A DNA stretch of 62,610 nt, counting the filler. It is 4 parts of 4 records of this genome, joined end to end, with 100 filler letters (N's around TTAATTAATTAA, not from the genome) between each part and the next. Parts side by side here need not be neighbours in the genome. Positions count along the whole stretch, not along the records: positions 1 to 18,060 come from SRR31156797_19575; 3 more parts are not named here. The stretch is one strand, 5' to 3'. Below, one piece after another: positions 1 to 10,742 of the stretch (positions are counted from its first letter, which is position 1; each line of letters begins with the position of its first letter). A program made the translations under genes and the position numbers. The notes under the pieces were generated by a model. That model had not been told where the DNA came from and did no database searches. It saw only the letters and a program-made list of their open reading frames with translations.

Positions 1-37
1 GTTTCTACGGGCCAGTCCCTCCACTTCTCTGGATAAG
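1..37 (-). ncRNA. SAM-I (S-box) riboswitch, 5' half only (cut by the window edge)
   Basis: The reverse complement reads CTTATCCAGAGAAGTGGAGGGACTGGCCCGTAGAAAC. This matches the SAM-I P1/P2 consensus (TTATC.AGAG.gG.GGAGGGAC.GGCCC.atGAA.C). It lies about 19 nt downstream of a consensus promoter. Confidence 0.9.
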
Positions 38-55
38 CTCTCAAATTGACAATCA

Positions 56-84
56 ATTATACATTAACACTACGCTCTTGTCAA
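56..84 (-). promoter_or_regulatory. Consensus sigma70 promoter driving the SAM riboswitch leader
   Basis: Minus strand TTGACA (84-79), 17-nt spacer, TATAAT (61-56); both hexamers are perfect. Confidence 0.85.
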
Positions 85-274
85 GAATTTTTCGTTTATT
101 ATTTTTAAAAAAATAATTTAGTATTAATAAACTTTTTTTATTTTTTTTCTAAAAATTTAATTATAAACTTTTTTTATTTTTCTTACTTTTAGCTTGAATT
201 ATCACTTAATAAAGGTTAAAATATTCTTATGCTCTGAACAAATTTTAATACTTAATCAGAATCTGGAGGGGATT

Positions 275-1894
275 ATGGGCAAATCATTAGTTCTAAAAAT
301 ACGTCTATACTTTTTGATTTTCTTCGTAATACTTTTTTCATCTCAATTGATTTTAAGAAATGTTTTCATCTACCCTAAACTTCGTTTAGCTGAAAAACAC
401 CTTGATGAAAACAGTATTCATATATTTAAGACCTTTTTAAATGAAGAACTAAACATGCTTGAACGAATGGCAAATGATTATGGGTTTTGGGATGATATTT
501 ATAATTTTGTTAATAATAAAAACATCGATTTTCTCAAGTCAAATTTAACTTCTGAGACATATAGAACTTTAGACACTGACTTAATTGCTATATATGATAG
601 AGAATCACAGTTAGTTTGGAACGGATATTTAACAGATGATTCTTCGAATAATATAAATTCTGACAAGGAATTTTTAGCTGATCAAGATTTAAATTTTCTA
701 ATTCCCTATGTCATAGACGGAGTTAATCAAATTAATACAATTTCCGGTTATACAATTATTGACGGACATCCATATCTTTATGCTACTTCATTAATCTCTA
801 ACTCTGAAGGTAGTTTAAAAACTAACGGATTTATTGTATTTTTAAAAAAAATGGACACACTATTCTTTGCAAAAATTGCCGCAAAAGTAAATATTGATAT
901 CAATGCCATAAATTTATACGATAAGCATAATTTAAAAAAATACTCCTCTTTAATAGAAAGTATTAATGCATCAGATTCAATATATAAATATAAAAAAATA
1001 GGAACTAATTATTTTATATATTATTCTGACAATAAAAATATACCAATATTATTGCTGACCTTAAAACCATATAATGCAATTCCGCAAGATTCAAGTTCAT
1101 TTTTCCAAGAGAATCTTTTAAGTTTTTTCTCAATCTTTTTATTTATGTTATTTTTGCAAAGCGCAATTAAGAAAAAAGTAATAATGCCTATAATTGAGTT
1201 AAATAAACACATCAAACAAATTAAATCTGAAAGCCATTATACACCTTTAGAGTATAGTAATAAAAATAATGAAATTGATAATGTTATTCATACTTTTAAT
1301 AGTTTAATCAAAATGATTGCACTTAAAGATAAAGAAATCAACGAATCAAATAGAAAACTATATTCACTTGCAAATAATGACCCATTAACCAAAATTCCCA
1401 ATCGAAGATTTTTTGAAAATAAATTTAAAGTTGGTTGGAAGATGGGAATGTTTTATAAAAAACAAGTTACTCTTATTATGATTGATATAGATCGCTATAA
1501 ACTTTTTAATGATTTTTATGGTCATCAAAAAGGTGATGAAGTACTTAAAAGTGTCTCAAAAGTTTTCCAAAGGGCTTTAAGACAAGAAAATGATGTAGTT
1601 GCCAGATACGGAGGAGAAGAGTTTGTCATCTTTCTTTATGATTGTACCGTTGATAATGCAATAGATATTACTGAAAATCTAATGAAAGAGCTTAAGAAAC
1701 TTGCTATTCCACATGAAAAATCAGATATTTCAAAATATGTCACAGCAAGTTTTGGTATCACATCTACCATCCCTAATCAAAACTTAAGTATGGATAAAAT
1801 GATTACAGACTCAGATGACGCCTTATACTCTGCCAAAAAAACAGGTAGAAACAGATATCATATCGGTAAATTAAATAAACTACCAATGAAATAA
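275..1894 (+). CDS. Membrane diguanylate cyclase (CHASE4-type sensor, HAMP, GGDEF)
   Basis: Two TM segments. CHASE4-like DYGFWDDIYNF motif, HAMP-like linker, DPLTKIPNRR, MIDIDRYK and RYGGEEF. ATG at 275 follows GGAGG. Confidence 0.88.
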   Translation: MGKSLVLKIRLYFLIFFVILFSSQLILRNVFIYPKLRLAEKHLDENSIHIFKTFLNEELNMLERMANDYGFWDDIYNFVNNKNIDFLKSNLTSETYRTLDTDLIAIYDRESQLVWNGYLTDDSSNNINSDKEFLADQDLNFLIPYVIDGVNQINTISGYTIIDGHPYLYATSLISNSEGSLKTNGFIVFLKKMDTLFFAKIAAKVNIDINAINLYDKHNLKKYSSLIESINASDSIYKYKKIGTNYFIYYSDNKNIPILLLTLKPYNAIPQDSSSFFQENLLSFFSIFLFMLFLQSAIKKKVIMPIIELNKHIKQIKSESHYTPLEYSNKNNEIDNVIHTFNSLIKMIALKDKEINESNRKLYSLANNDPLTKIPNRRFFENKFKVGWKMGMFYKKQVTLIMIDIDRYKLFNDFYGHQKGDEVLKSVSKVFQRALRQENDVVARYGGEEFVIFLYDCTVDNAIDITENLMKELKKLAIPHEKSDISKYVTASFGITSTIPNQNLSMDKMITDSDDALYSAKKTGRNRYHIGKLNKLPMK

Positions 1895-1903
1895 TTTCCA
1901 AAT

Positions 1904-1959
1904 AAAAATATGCATATAAAAAAGACCTGTTAATTGGTCTTTTTTATATGCATATTTTT
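1904..1959. terminator. Bidirectional rho-independent terminator (24-bp perfect inverted repeat)
   Basis: AAAAATATGCATATAAAAAAGACC, 8-nt loop, GGTCTTTTTTATATGCATATTTTT, between convergent genes. Confidence 0.8.
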
Positions 1960-1963
1960 TTGA

Positions 1964-2923
1964 TTACTTCATGATCCATTTTCCATTTTCATCGATATAG
2001 GCTTCTTGTTTTTTTCCGTTACTATAATAAAATCCATGAGTTGGAACACCATTTTCAAACTCGCCGACATATTTATCTCCATTTTCAAAATAATATGTCC
2101 CCTCTCCATGCTCAAAACCATTTAGATATTCACCTTCATATTTTGCTCCGTTAATAAAATAATACACTCCAATGCCATGTCTTAATCCATTTTTGTAGTT
2201 TCCTATATACTTATCTCCATTTTTAAAATAAAGAATACCTTCTCCGTTAAAGTAGTTTGCCTTTGAAGCTCCTTCATAAACATCGCCATTGGAAAATATA
2301 TATTTTCCAAATCCGTCTCTTGTCCCGTAGAAAAACTCACCTATATATTTATCTCCATTTGAATAATGAAACTCACCTGTTCCATTGATGAAGTTATTTT
2401 TATATTCACCTTCGTATTTAGAGCCATTTGAATTTTCCTGTTTTCCCACTCCATCTCTTACACCGTTTTTATAATCTCCGGTATACTTAGAGCCATCTCT
2501 AAAGTAATATGTCCCGCTACCATTTTTTATACCATTTACATATAATCCTACAAACTTATCTCCATTTGAATAATAATATGTTCCTTTTCCATCTTTTAAA
2601 CCATCAGTATAATATCCAACATGTACCTCACCGTTTACAAAATAAAATGTCCCAAAACCATTCTTCTCCCCAACACTAAATTCACCTTCATAACTTCCAC
2701 CACTTGCAAAGCTATATTTCCCTTCACCTTCGATAATACCATGCTCAAAACTCCCATGATAAACGTCACCATTAAAAAAATAGTAAATTCCTGTTCCATG
2801 TGCTCTATTATTTTTAAGCTCTCCAATATACTTATCTCCATTTACAAAATCAATTGTTTCAGAAAATAATATTGTATTTAAAAATAAATAACACAATAAA
2901 AATAGTCCCTTCATTATACTCAC
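1964..2923 (-). CDS. Exported MORN-repeat protein
   Basis: N-terminal signal peptide followed by about a dozen 23-aa YxGxFxxGxxxGxGxYxFxNGD repeats. Confidence 0.9.
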   Translation of the reverse strand: MSIMKGLFLLCYLFLNTILFSETIDFVNGDKYIGELKNNRAHGTGIYYFFNGDVYHGSFEHGIIEGEGKYSFASGGSYEGEFSVGEKNGFGTFYFVNGEVHVGYYTDGLKDGKGTYYYSNGDKFVGLYVNGIKNGSGTYYFRDGSKYTGDYKNGVRDGVGKQENSNGSKYEGEYKNNFINGTGEFHYSNGDKYIGEFFYGTRDGFGKYIFSNGDVYEGASKANYFNGEGILYFKNGDKYIGNYKNGLRHGIGVYYFINGAKYEGEYLNGFEHGEGTYYFENGDKYVGEFENGVPTHGFYYSNGKKQEAYIDENGKWIMK

Positions 2924-3171
2924 CTCTACTTTATACTCTTCTTATACCTATATTGTACGGGTATTCCTTTTTAGAAAACAACATATATTTAATTTATTAG
3001 TAAATTTTCTCTATAATTAAAAACTATATTCCTAATACAAAAAATCCTAGATAAACTATGATTAATTGTTCACTTTTACTTTACTTTAACCGATATTATA
3101 TATTATACTATATCGTACGAATACGTTAATTTGATTATACTAAATCATGTAATTTTTTCGAGGAGGCATAT

Positions 3172-3627
3172 ATGAATATAGAGTTTTACGATAATTTAGA
3201 AGATCACATAGAATTAAAATATGCTGTTATTACATGTCGATTTGCGAACAAATGGCTGCTAGTAAAGCATAAAAAACGGACTACATGGGAAATCCCCGGC
3301 GGTCACATTGAAGAAAATGAAACTGCAGAAGAAGCTGCAAAACGAGAGTTAAATGAAGAAACAGGAGCTGAAGAATTCTCTATTAGGAGGGTGGCATATT
3401 ACTCTGTAAATAGAGGGCAAGAAAAAAGTTATGGTGCTCTTTATTTTGCCAAAATTACTAAATTAGGACGACTTCCTAATTTAGAGATCGAGTCTACAGC
3501 TTTATTTGAAAGATTGCCTGATCTTCATGAGCTGACATATCCAAAAATACAGCCTACTCTTTTAGCAAGAGTAATAAAAGATAGTATCGAGCGACGAAAT
3601 ACCGCTATACGAAAAGAGGGAATATGA
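3172..3627 (+). CDS. NUDIX hydrolase
   Basis: Nudix box GGHIEENETAEEAAKRELNEETG; GGAGG RBS. Confidence 0.9.
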   Translation: MNIEFYDNLEDHIELKYAVITCRFANKWLLVKHKKRTTWEIPGGHIEENETAEEAAKRELNEETGAEEFSIRRVAYYSVNRGQEKSYGALYFAKITKLGRLPNLEIESTALFERLPDLHELTYPKIQPTLLARVIKDSIERRNTAIRKEGI

Positions 3628-4331
3628 CAATAGAACTTCATAATGATTTCAATATTCATGAGTCATATAATAAATTCTTTTCGAATGAAAATATTAAGGA
3701 GTTAGAAAATATTTTTAAACTTATAGAAGCTGATAATTTCACGCCCATTAAAAAAAATATTTTTAAAGCACTTCAAACTGATATTAATAGTAATAAAGTA
3801 GTGCTTTTGGGAATGGACCCTTATCCGCAAGAGGGAGTTGCTACAGGACTTGCCTTTCAGGTTAATATAGATAACTGGAATGACAAACGTGTAAATACTT
3901 CTCTTAAAAATATGCTGAAATTATTGTATAAAACTTATTTTGGAGAGATTCAGAATATTGATTTTATTAGAGAAAAGATTAGTAGTGGAGAGTTTAATTT
4001 ACTTCCTCCAAATAAACTTTTTTACAAATGGCAGGAAGAAGGAGTGCTTCTGCTTAATTCAGCGCTAACAACCAAAATCGGTACACCGGGTGCACATATT
4101 AAATATTGGAAAAATTTTATTATTAAATTAATAAAATTTATAGATGAAAATAATCCTGATCTCACATGGTTATTATGGGGTGGAAAAGCTCAAGTCTTTG
4201 AAAAATATATTATAAATGGAAAAATAATAAAACATAATCATCCTGCAATATGTGGAAAACTTGATAATCCAAAAGATTTTTTAAATGGTAATAGTTTTAG
4301 TGATACAATGGAAGAAATTAATTGGGTTTAA
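3624..4331 (+). CDS. ung: Uracil-DNA glycosylase (family 1-like)
   Basis: KVVLLGMDPYP, ATGLAF, GVLLLNSALT, LLWG and HP motifs. ATGA overlap with the NUDIX gene. Confidence 0.85.
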   Translation: MTIELHNDFNIHESYNKFFSNENIKELENIFKLIEADNFTPIKKNIFKALQTDINSNKVVLLGMDPYPQEGVATGLAFQVNIDNWNDKRVNTSLKNMLKLLYKTYFGEIQNIDFIREKISSGEFNLLPPNKLFYKWQEEGVLLLNSALTTKIGTPGAHIKYWKNFIIKLIKFIDENNPDLTWLLWGGKAQVFEKYIINGKIIKHNHPAICGKLDNPKDFLNGNSFSDTMEEINWV

Positions 4332-4398
4332 TTTTAATTAAATTTTAAATATGAACTAGTATAAATTAAATATAAATTTTAAAGAGGTGATATTAAAT

Positions 4399-5784
4399 AT
4401 GGAAAGACAAAAAATTAAAGCATCAAAATTTTCACTGCTTTTACTACTTTTAATTGTTTGTAGTTTCCCATCTTTTTCCAAAACGGATCAAGAGGAGTTT
4501 ATAGAAGTAGCAAAAGCTGTAATGCCTTCAATTGTTAATATTCGAACTAAAACAGTTGTTAAGCAATCAGTTGTTAATCCCTTTGATGAATTCTTTTATG
4601 GAGAAAATTCTCCAAGGGAAACTGAAAAAGAGGGATCTTCGCTTGGCTCTGGTTTCGTTATCGATAAAGATGGACTAATTATGACGAATAATCATGTAAT
4701 CGCAGACGCAGCTGAGATATATGTAAAATTTGATAATGGAAAAGAATATTTAGCTGAAATAATGGGGAAAGATCCAGAAACAGACCTTGCTATGCTTAAA
4801 ATTATTAATACAAAAGAGAAATTTAAACCTATGCATATGGCTAATTCGGACAATGTCGAAGTTGGTCAATGGGCTATAGCTATAGGGAATCCATTTGGAT
4901 TCAATAATACTATGACTCTGGGAATTATAAGTGCAACTGGAAGAAGTGGTTACGGCTTAGAAAGATATGAAGATTACATTCAAACAGATGCTTCAATTAA
5001 TCCCGGAAATAGTGGTGGACCATTAATCGATATTTATGGTAATGTAATTGGAGTAAATACTTGGGCCTGGACAAGTACAGGTGAAAGTAACGGAGTGGGA
5101 TTTGCAATTCCTATCAATATTGTCAAAAAAGTAGCTGAGAGTATCAAAAAATATGGTGAAGTTAGAAGACCAATGTTAGGTGTAAGGTTCCAACCAGATT
5201 TCGATGCTAAATTAGCTGAGAGCATGGGACTGGACTCTCCAAACGGTGCTCTAATAGCTGAAGTATTTGATGAATCACCTGCAGAAATAATAGGATTAAA
5301 AAAGGGAGACGTTATCCTATCTATCAATGATAGACCTATTGAAAATTACTCTCAAGCAGTAGGAATTATAGGAACGTATCAGCCTGGTGAAGAGATCACT
5401 CTTAAAGTGTTTAGAAAAGAAGGTAAAAATACCGGTAAAGAAAGAACTGTAAGTGTTGTTCTTACTTCAAGAGATGAAGATAATCTTAATCCAAGTTCTG
5501 ATTTACTGGGAATGAAACTTAGAACATTAAATGAAGTATTAAGAAATAAATATGATCTCCCTGATGTAAAAAAAGGAATCGCAGTTTTAGAAGTTGATCG
5601 AAAATCACAAGCTGCAAGATTAGGAATAACTGAAGGATCATTAATTTTAGAAATTAATAATATTGAAGTTCAGTCAGTTAAAGAATTAAGAGAAGTATAT
5701 GATAAAATTTCTAATGGAAGTAATATTTTACTTTATATCGAGAAAAATGATTATGGTAGATACCTACTTCTAAAAAAAGATTAA
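4399..5784 (+). CDS. htrA: Do/DegQ (HtrA/DegP) periplasmic serine protease with two PDZ domains
   Basis: Signal peptide; TNNHV, DLAML and GNSGGP triad motifs; QTDASINPG; two PDZ domains. Confidence 0.93.
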   Translation: MERQKIKASKFSLLLLLLIVCSFPSFSKTDQEEFIEVAKAVMPSIVNIRTKTVVKQSVVNPFDEFFYGENSPRETEKEGSSLGSGFVIDKDGLIMTNNHVIADAAEIYVKFDNGKEYLAEIMGKDPETDLAMLKIINTKEKFKPMHMANSDNVEVGQWAIAIGNPFGFNNTMTLGIISATGRSGYGLERYEDYIQTDASINPGNSGGPLIDIYGNVIGVNTWAWTSTGESNGVGFAIPINIVKKVAESIKKYGEVRRPMLGVRFQPDFDAKLAESMGLDSPNGALIAEVFDESPAEIIGLKKGDVILSINDRPIENYSQAVGIIGTYQPGEEITLKVFRKEGKNTGKERTVSVVLTSRDEDNLNPSSDLLGMKLRTLNEVLRNKYDLPDVKKGIAVLEVDRKSQAARLGITEGSLILEINNIEVQSVKELREVYDKISNGSNILLYIEKNDYGRYLLLKKD

Positions 5785-5793
5785 CAAACTATA

Positions 5794-5834
5794 AATAAAA
5801 AAACCAAGAGCAGCCGGCTCTTGGTTTTTTTATT
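5794..5834. terminator. Bidirectional terminator between htrA and panD
   Basis: AATAAAAAAACCAAGAGC-agccg-GCTCTTGGTTTTTTTATT inverted repeat. Confidence 0.8.
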
Positions 5835-5856
5835 CGTTAAATTTAATAACAATTAA

Positions 5857-6255
5857 TTATTCTCCATATTTGTCAGATAATTTACCGTGCTCTTCATAAT
5901 GAGCGATTCTTGCTACAGTATTATTATCGTCTACGAAAACAACTGTTGGTTGATATGTTTTCATATCCTCTTCAGTCATTTGAGCATAAGCCATAATAAT
6001 CACTTTATCGTTCTTTTGAACCATTCTTGCTGCAGCACCATTTAAACAGATAGTTTTACTACCTCTGTCTCCGGCAATAACATATGTTTCAAATCTAGCA
6101 CCATTATTAATATCAACAATTGCAACTTTTTCATACTCTAAAATCCCTGAAGCATCTAATAGATCTCTATCTATTGTAACACTTCCAACATAATCAAGCT
6201 CAGCCTGAGTTACAGTTGCCCTATGGATTTTAGCTTTTAACATATTCAATAACAT
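5857..6255 (-). CDS. panD: Aspartate 1-decarboxylase
   Basis: [12 protein letters not shown]...YVGSVTID self-cleavage site, NGARFETY and NGAAAR. Confidence 0.97.
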   Translation of the reverse strand: MLLNMLKAKIHRATVTQAELDYVGSVTIDRDLLDASGILEYEKVAIVDINNGARFETYVIAGDRGSKTICLNGAAARMVQKNDKVIIMAYAQMTEEDMKTYQPTVVFVDDNNTVARIAHYEEHGKLSDKYGE

Positions 6256-6278
6256 TTTACTTCCACCTCTATAAAATT

Positions 6279-7127
6279 TTATAATTCAAAACTAAAATTA
6301 TCAATTAGTCTAGTTTTCCCAATAAATACTGCCATTGCTACCAACACATTTTTTTCTATTTTTTTAACGTTTTCAAGAGTATACAAATCTACAATTTGCA
6401 CATAATCAATTTTTGCCAGTTTTTCTTTTGAAATATTTTCACTTGCAAAATTTAATAATTTCTCTGCATTTTTTTCACCAGACTCTATTTTTACTTTCAT
6501 AGAGTTCAGAGTTTGAGATAAAATAAGTGCTGCTTTTCTCTCTTCCACGCTTAAATATTTATTTCTTGAACTCTTAGCAAGTCCGTCATTTTCTCTTATT
6601 ATATCACAAGGTACTACCTCTATGTCAAAGTTTAAATCTTTCACCATTTTTTGAATAATAGCCAGTTGCTGAGCATCTTTTCTACCGAAGTATGCTCTGT
6701 CAGCCGGAACTATATTAAATAACTTAGTAACGACTGTACATACACCTTCAAAATGACCATCTCTGGAAGCTCCGCATAACTCCTTATCCAAATTATTAAC
6801 ATTCACAAAAGTATATAATTTTTCAGAATACATCTCATTTACTTCAGGGTTAAAAATTAGATCAGCGCCTGCTTCTTGAGCTTTTATGCTATCTCCACTT
6901 AGATCTCTGGGATAAGTCTCTAAATCTTCATTTGGACCAAATTGAATAGGATTTACAAATATACTCACAATAACTTTATCATTTTCTCTACTTGCTCTGG
7001 AAACTAAGCTTTGATGCCCCTCATGTAAATATCCCATTGTTGGAACAAATCCTACTTTTAAACCTTCTCGCTTCCATTTTTTAACTTGCTCTCTTATATC
7101 ATTAATGCTTTTAATTACTTTTATCAT
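6279..7127 (-). CDS. panC: Pantoate--beta-alanine ligase
   Basis: [28 protein letters not shown] and RLIDN. Confidence 0.97.
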   Translation of the reverse strand: MIKVIKSINDIREQVKKWKREGLKVGFVPTMGYLHEGHQSLVSRASRENDKVIVSIFVNPIQFGPNEDLETYPRDLSGDSIKAQEAGADLIFNPEVNEMYSEKLYTFVNVNNLDKELCGASRDGHFEGVCTVVTKLFNIVPADRAYFGRKDAQQLAIIQKMVKDLNFDIEVVPCDIIRENDGLAKSSRNKYLSVEERKAALILSQTLNSMKVKIESGEKNAEKLLNFASENISKEKLAKIDYVQIVDLYTLENVKKIEKNVLVAMAVFIGKTRLIDNFSFEL

Positions 7128-7142
7128 TATTACTGCTCCCAA

Positions 7143-7970
7143 TTAATATAATTTTTTTAGCACTTCATCATTTATTTTAAATGTATGCTCTTCTGAAGGA
7201 AAAGATGAGTTCTTAACTTCTTCATCATATTTATTAAGTCCATCTCTTATATGTAAACCAACATCAGAAAAAGTTTTCACAAATTTAGGCTTAAATCCTG
7301 AAAACATATTTAGCATATCCTGATAAACCAATACTTGTCCATCACAATTTTTTCCAGCTCCGATTCCAATTGTTGGAATATTAAGTTTTTCAGTGATAAT
7401 AGCAGCTAATTTATGAGGTACACACTCAAGCACAATTGCAAATGCTCCTGCTTCCTGAACAGCTATTGCATCCTCTATTAATTTTTGAGCAGCTTCTTCA
7501 GATTTACCTTGAACCTTGAAGCCCCCCATTGCATTTACTGATTGAGGAGTTAATCCTATATGACCAACTACAGGAATTTGAGCTCTTGTTACAGCTTTTA
7601 TAGTGTCTGCCATATCTACGCCACCTTCTAATTTTACAGCTGTTGCAGCAGTTTCCTTGATTAATCTACCGGCGTTTCTCACAGCATCTTCTATAGACAC
7701 ATGATATGACATGAAAGGCATATCTATAATTACAAGAGTTTGTTTTGCTCCTCTTACTACTGCTTTGCCATGATGTATCATATCTTCCATAGTTACAGAC
7801 AGTGTATTATCATAACCTAAACAAACCATCCCAAGTGAATCTCCTACTAATATTGAATCTATTTCTGTATCATCAATTAACTTTGCCATTGAATAATCAT
7901 AAGCAGTTAACATAGTCAATTTTTTATTTTGTACTTTTGCATCAATAAATCCTGGTACTGTTGTTTTCAT
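7143..7970 (-). CDS. panB: 3-methyl-2-oxobutanoate hydroxymethyltransferase
   Basis: [27 protein letters not shown] and GIGAG...DGQVLV. Confidence 0.97.
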   Translation of the reverse strand: MKTTVPGFIDAKVQNKKLTMLTAYDYSMAKLIDDTEIDSILVGDSLGMVCLGYDNTLSVTMEDMIHHGKAVVRGAKQTLVIIDMPFMSYHVSIEDAVRNAGRLIKETAATAVKLEGGVDMADTIKAVTRAQIPVVGHIGLTPQSVNAMGGFKVQGKSEEAAQKLIEDAIAVQEAGAFAIVLECVPHKLAAIITEKLNIPTIGIGAGKNCDGQVLVYQDMLNMFSGFKPKFVKTFSDVGLHIRDGLNKYDEEVKNSSFPSEEHTFKINDEVLKKLY

Positions 7971-8807
7971 TTATATATCACTCCTTAAAGTCCCTACCAA
8001 TTTTGAATAATCACGAGTTTTATTTTTTTCCTTTGCAATCTCCACTAAGTTTTCAGACAAATTTTTATACACCTTGATATCTTGCTTCTCCAAAACGTCA
8101 ATATGCTTCTTCAGCGTAACTGCATCTCCACGTTCTACAGGGCCTGTTATCGCTTCAGTAAAGGCTTTTTTCTCTATATTGCTGATATTCAGCTTAATCA
8201 GAGGCATCAGCGCTTCCTTAGCGTCATCAGAAGAGACACCACACTCTTCTAAATATTTACTTCCTTTATTAATAAGAGATAAAACTAAATTAGATACCAT
8301 TACGTTTGCTAAATGATATTTAGATTTTTTTTCACTTGAAATTAATAATACTTTATTTCCAAGATTTTCTATCATATTTTTAATTTCAACTAACTTCTCA
8401 CTATTTCCCTCAAGAGAAAAATAAGTATGATTTAAATCTAAATAAGTGGTAAATTTGTCAGAAAAAGGAAACATTGGATGTAATGAATATGCAAAATTTT
8501 TGTCGCTACTCAATAATTCACTACTAAATGAACCACTGCAATGAATAAATATTTTATTCTCATATGATTTTTGTTTTATATCTTCCCAGACATTTATAAT
8601 ATTATCATCATTTACTGTTATGAAAATAACTTCACTATTATTAATAAGAGAGTACATTGTATCATACAGCTTTACACCTAAAAACTCCGAAGATTCCTTT
8701 GCAGAATCAAAATCCTTATCGTAAACTCCGGAAATTTCTAAGTTATTTTGAATAAAATATTTGCACAATGATGTCCCTACTTTACCAGTTCCAATAAAGG
8801 CTATCAT
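7971..8807 (-). CDS. Rossmann-like/DUF2520 oxidoreductase, probable PanG-type ketopantoate reductase
   Basis: GTGKVG, HCSGS, SLHPM, YHLANVMVSN and TGPVERGD; first gene of the pan operon. Confidence 0.8.
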   Translation of the reverse strand: MIAFIGTGKVGTSLCKYFIQNNLEISGVYDKDFDSAKESSEFLGVKLYDTMYSLINNSEVIFITVNDDNIINVWEDIKQKSYENKIFIHCSGSFSSELLSSDKNFAYSLHPMFPFSDKFTTYLDLNHTYFSLEGNSEKLVEIKNMIENLGNKVLLISSEKKSKYHLANVMVSNLVLSLINKGSKYLEECGVSSDDAKEALMPLIKLNISNIEKKAFTEAITGPVERGDAVTLKKHIDVLEKQDIKVYKNLSENLVEIAKEKNKTRDYSKLVGTLRSDI

Positions 8808-9087
8808 TTTTTAAACTCATCTCCTAAATTAATACTAATTAGTAATATATTAGTTAGTACTATTTTTTCTTTTGCTTATTATACTCCTAATGCAAAATTT
8901 ATGCAAGCACTTCTTGTAAATTTATATTTAACAAAAAAATATCGAATTTTAAGCAATAAATATAAATTTAATTTGACATTTGCTTCTCTAATGAAATAAA
9001 ATAGTAATATCTATTGTCAGTTAAGTAAAAAGATGATAAGATATTAAAAATTATCAAGATTTTGTAAAAAGACAATATTAATGGAGA

Positions 9088-10176
9088 ATGCCTATGAACT
9101 TTGAACTTGCGGAAGAAAATAAAAAATTGAGAGACAATCTTAAAAAAATGCGAAAACAACTTTCTAAGATCAAAATTGAATATGAAGTTCATAAAAGTCA
9201 TATTCAAAGGATAATCGATTTCAATAGTAAGCTAAATCCACATTTAGATTTAGACGAGATTTCAGAACTATTTTTCGATTTTCTTTTTCAGATATTCAGC
9301 TTTGAAAAAGGTATATTATTAATAGTAAATAAAACTCTAAAATATTCTTGTCAAGTTGATTTTTACGATCAGAAGATCAAAAGTAATTCCGCTGAAAAAT
9401 TGCGTAGTACTTATGAAAATCTATTTAACGAAGCTATTCGCCTTGAGCAAACGTTTTTAATAGAAGAGTCTAAACTCATTAATGAAACTAAATTTGGAAA
9501 CTCTTGTATGATTACTCCTATATGGTTCGAAGGTGAAATTATTGGTGTTGTTATTTTAGAAAATAGCCTTGAGGATGTTTTTTCAGACAATGAGAAAAAT
9601 CTTATTGATGAATTAATTCATAATGTCGGAAAAGTATTATATAATGCCATGCTCTTTTCCAGTATAACAACTACTGCTTTTAAAGATGAAAAAACAGGAG
9701 TTTATAGTAAAAATTATTTTTTTGAAGTTCTTGTAAGTGAAATTGAAAGAGTCAAGAGGCATGAAAAAAGTTTTTCCTTAATTATTGCTGATATTGATGA
9801 TTTTAAATCAATCAATAAAAAACATGGTTTCGATTTTGGTGATAATCTTCTTAAAAAAATCGCATATAGCTTTCAATCTTTTTTAAGAGGTTGTGACACC
9901 GTTTCAAGATATAGTGGAGATAAGTTTATATTTTTGTTGCCTGACACTGATCTGGAAACAGCAGAAGTAATTGCTGAAAGAGTTATTGCAAAAGTTCAAG
10001 AAATTAATATCGTTCCAGAGCCAATCACAGTCAGTCTTGGTTTAACAGAATATAGTCACTCAGAGGATAAAGAAATAAAAGAACTACTTGTAGAAGCTGA
10101 AGATGCACTATTGCGTGCTAAAAAATTGGGTAAAAATAAATTTATATCTTATAGAGTAGGGAAGCGAAATATCTAA
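9088..10176 (+). CDS. Coiled-coil/GAF/GGDEF protein with degenerate active site
   Basis: GAF-like region (CMITPIWFEGEIIGVV), ADIDDFKSIN, RGCD I-site, and RYSGDKF in place of GG[DE]EF. Confidence 0.82.
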   Translation: MPMNFELAEENKKLRDNLKKMRKQLSKIKIEYEVHKSHIQRIIDFNSKLNPHLDLDEISELFFDFLFQIFSFEKGILLIVNKTLKYSCQVDFYDQKIKSNSAEKLRSTYENLFNEAIRLEQTFLIEESKLINETKFGNSCMITPIWFEGEIIGVVILENSLEDVFSDNEKNLIDELIHNVGKVLYNAMLFSSITTTAFKDEKTGVYSKNYFFEVLVSEIERVKRHEKSFSLIIADIDDFKSINKKHGFDFGDNLLKKIAYSFQSFLRGCDTVSRYSGDKFIFLLPDTDLETAEVIAERVIAKVQEINIVPEPITVSLGLTEYSHSEDKEIKELLVEAEDALLRAKKLGKNKFISYRVGKRNI

Positions 10177-10188
10177 GGGGGAGAAATT

Positions 10189-10554
10189 ATGAACAAATTC
10201 CTAGTTGTTGATGATTTTATAGGAATGAGAAACATGTTAAAACTTATTCTAAAAAATGCAGGTTACGAAGTTGTAGGGGAAGCTGAGGATGGAATTGAAG
10301 CAATTGAGAAATTCAAGAAACTTTCTCCTGATTTTGTTACTCTTGATATTACAATGCCTAGAAAAAACGGTATTGAAACTTTAAAAGAATTAATGGAAAT
10401 CAATAGTGATGTAAATGTAATAATAGTTAGTGCTATTAGTGAGAAAAATTTAGTTTTAGAAGCAATTGAATTGGGAGCAAAACATTATATATTAAAACCG
10501 TTAAAACCGGAAAAAGTTATGTCAGTTATTGAAGAAGTAATTGCTTTTAGCTAA
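10189..10554 (+). CDS. Single-domain response regulator (CheY-like)
   Basis: VVDD, LDITMP and KP motifs; 121 aa. Confidence 0.9.
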   Translation: MNKFLVVDDFIGMRNMLKLILKNAGYEVVGEAEDGIEAIEKFKKLSPDFVTLDITMPRKNGIETLKELMEINSDVNVIIVSAISEKNLVLEAIELGAKHYILKPLKPEKVMSVIEEVIAFS

Positions 10555-10742
10555 TTTTTTTAATATAATAATTTTGTAAAAAATCAAATTAATCCAAAGA
10601 TTATTCTCATATTTCCGATAATAGTAATATCTGCTATTTTGATATTACGCTTGATTTTTTGATTGTTTTCTATTATAATCAAAAACTGTAAAATTTGTTT
10701 CGATTATTTATTTAATTAATAATCGAAAGAGAGGTGTTTAAA

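Noticed and set aside
1904-1959. 24-bp perfect inverted repeat as a possible MITE
   Set aside because: It sits between convergent genes with A/T tails on both sides and shows no target duplication, so a bidirectional terminator explains it.
1964-2860. Roughly 69-nt periodicity resembling a CRISPR or tandem array
   Set aside because: Explained by protein-coding MORN repeats. There are no identical repeats with unique spacers and no cas genes anywhere in the window.
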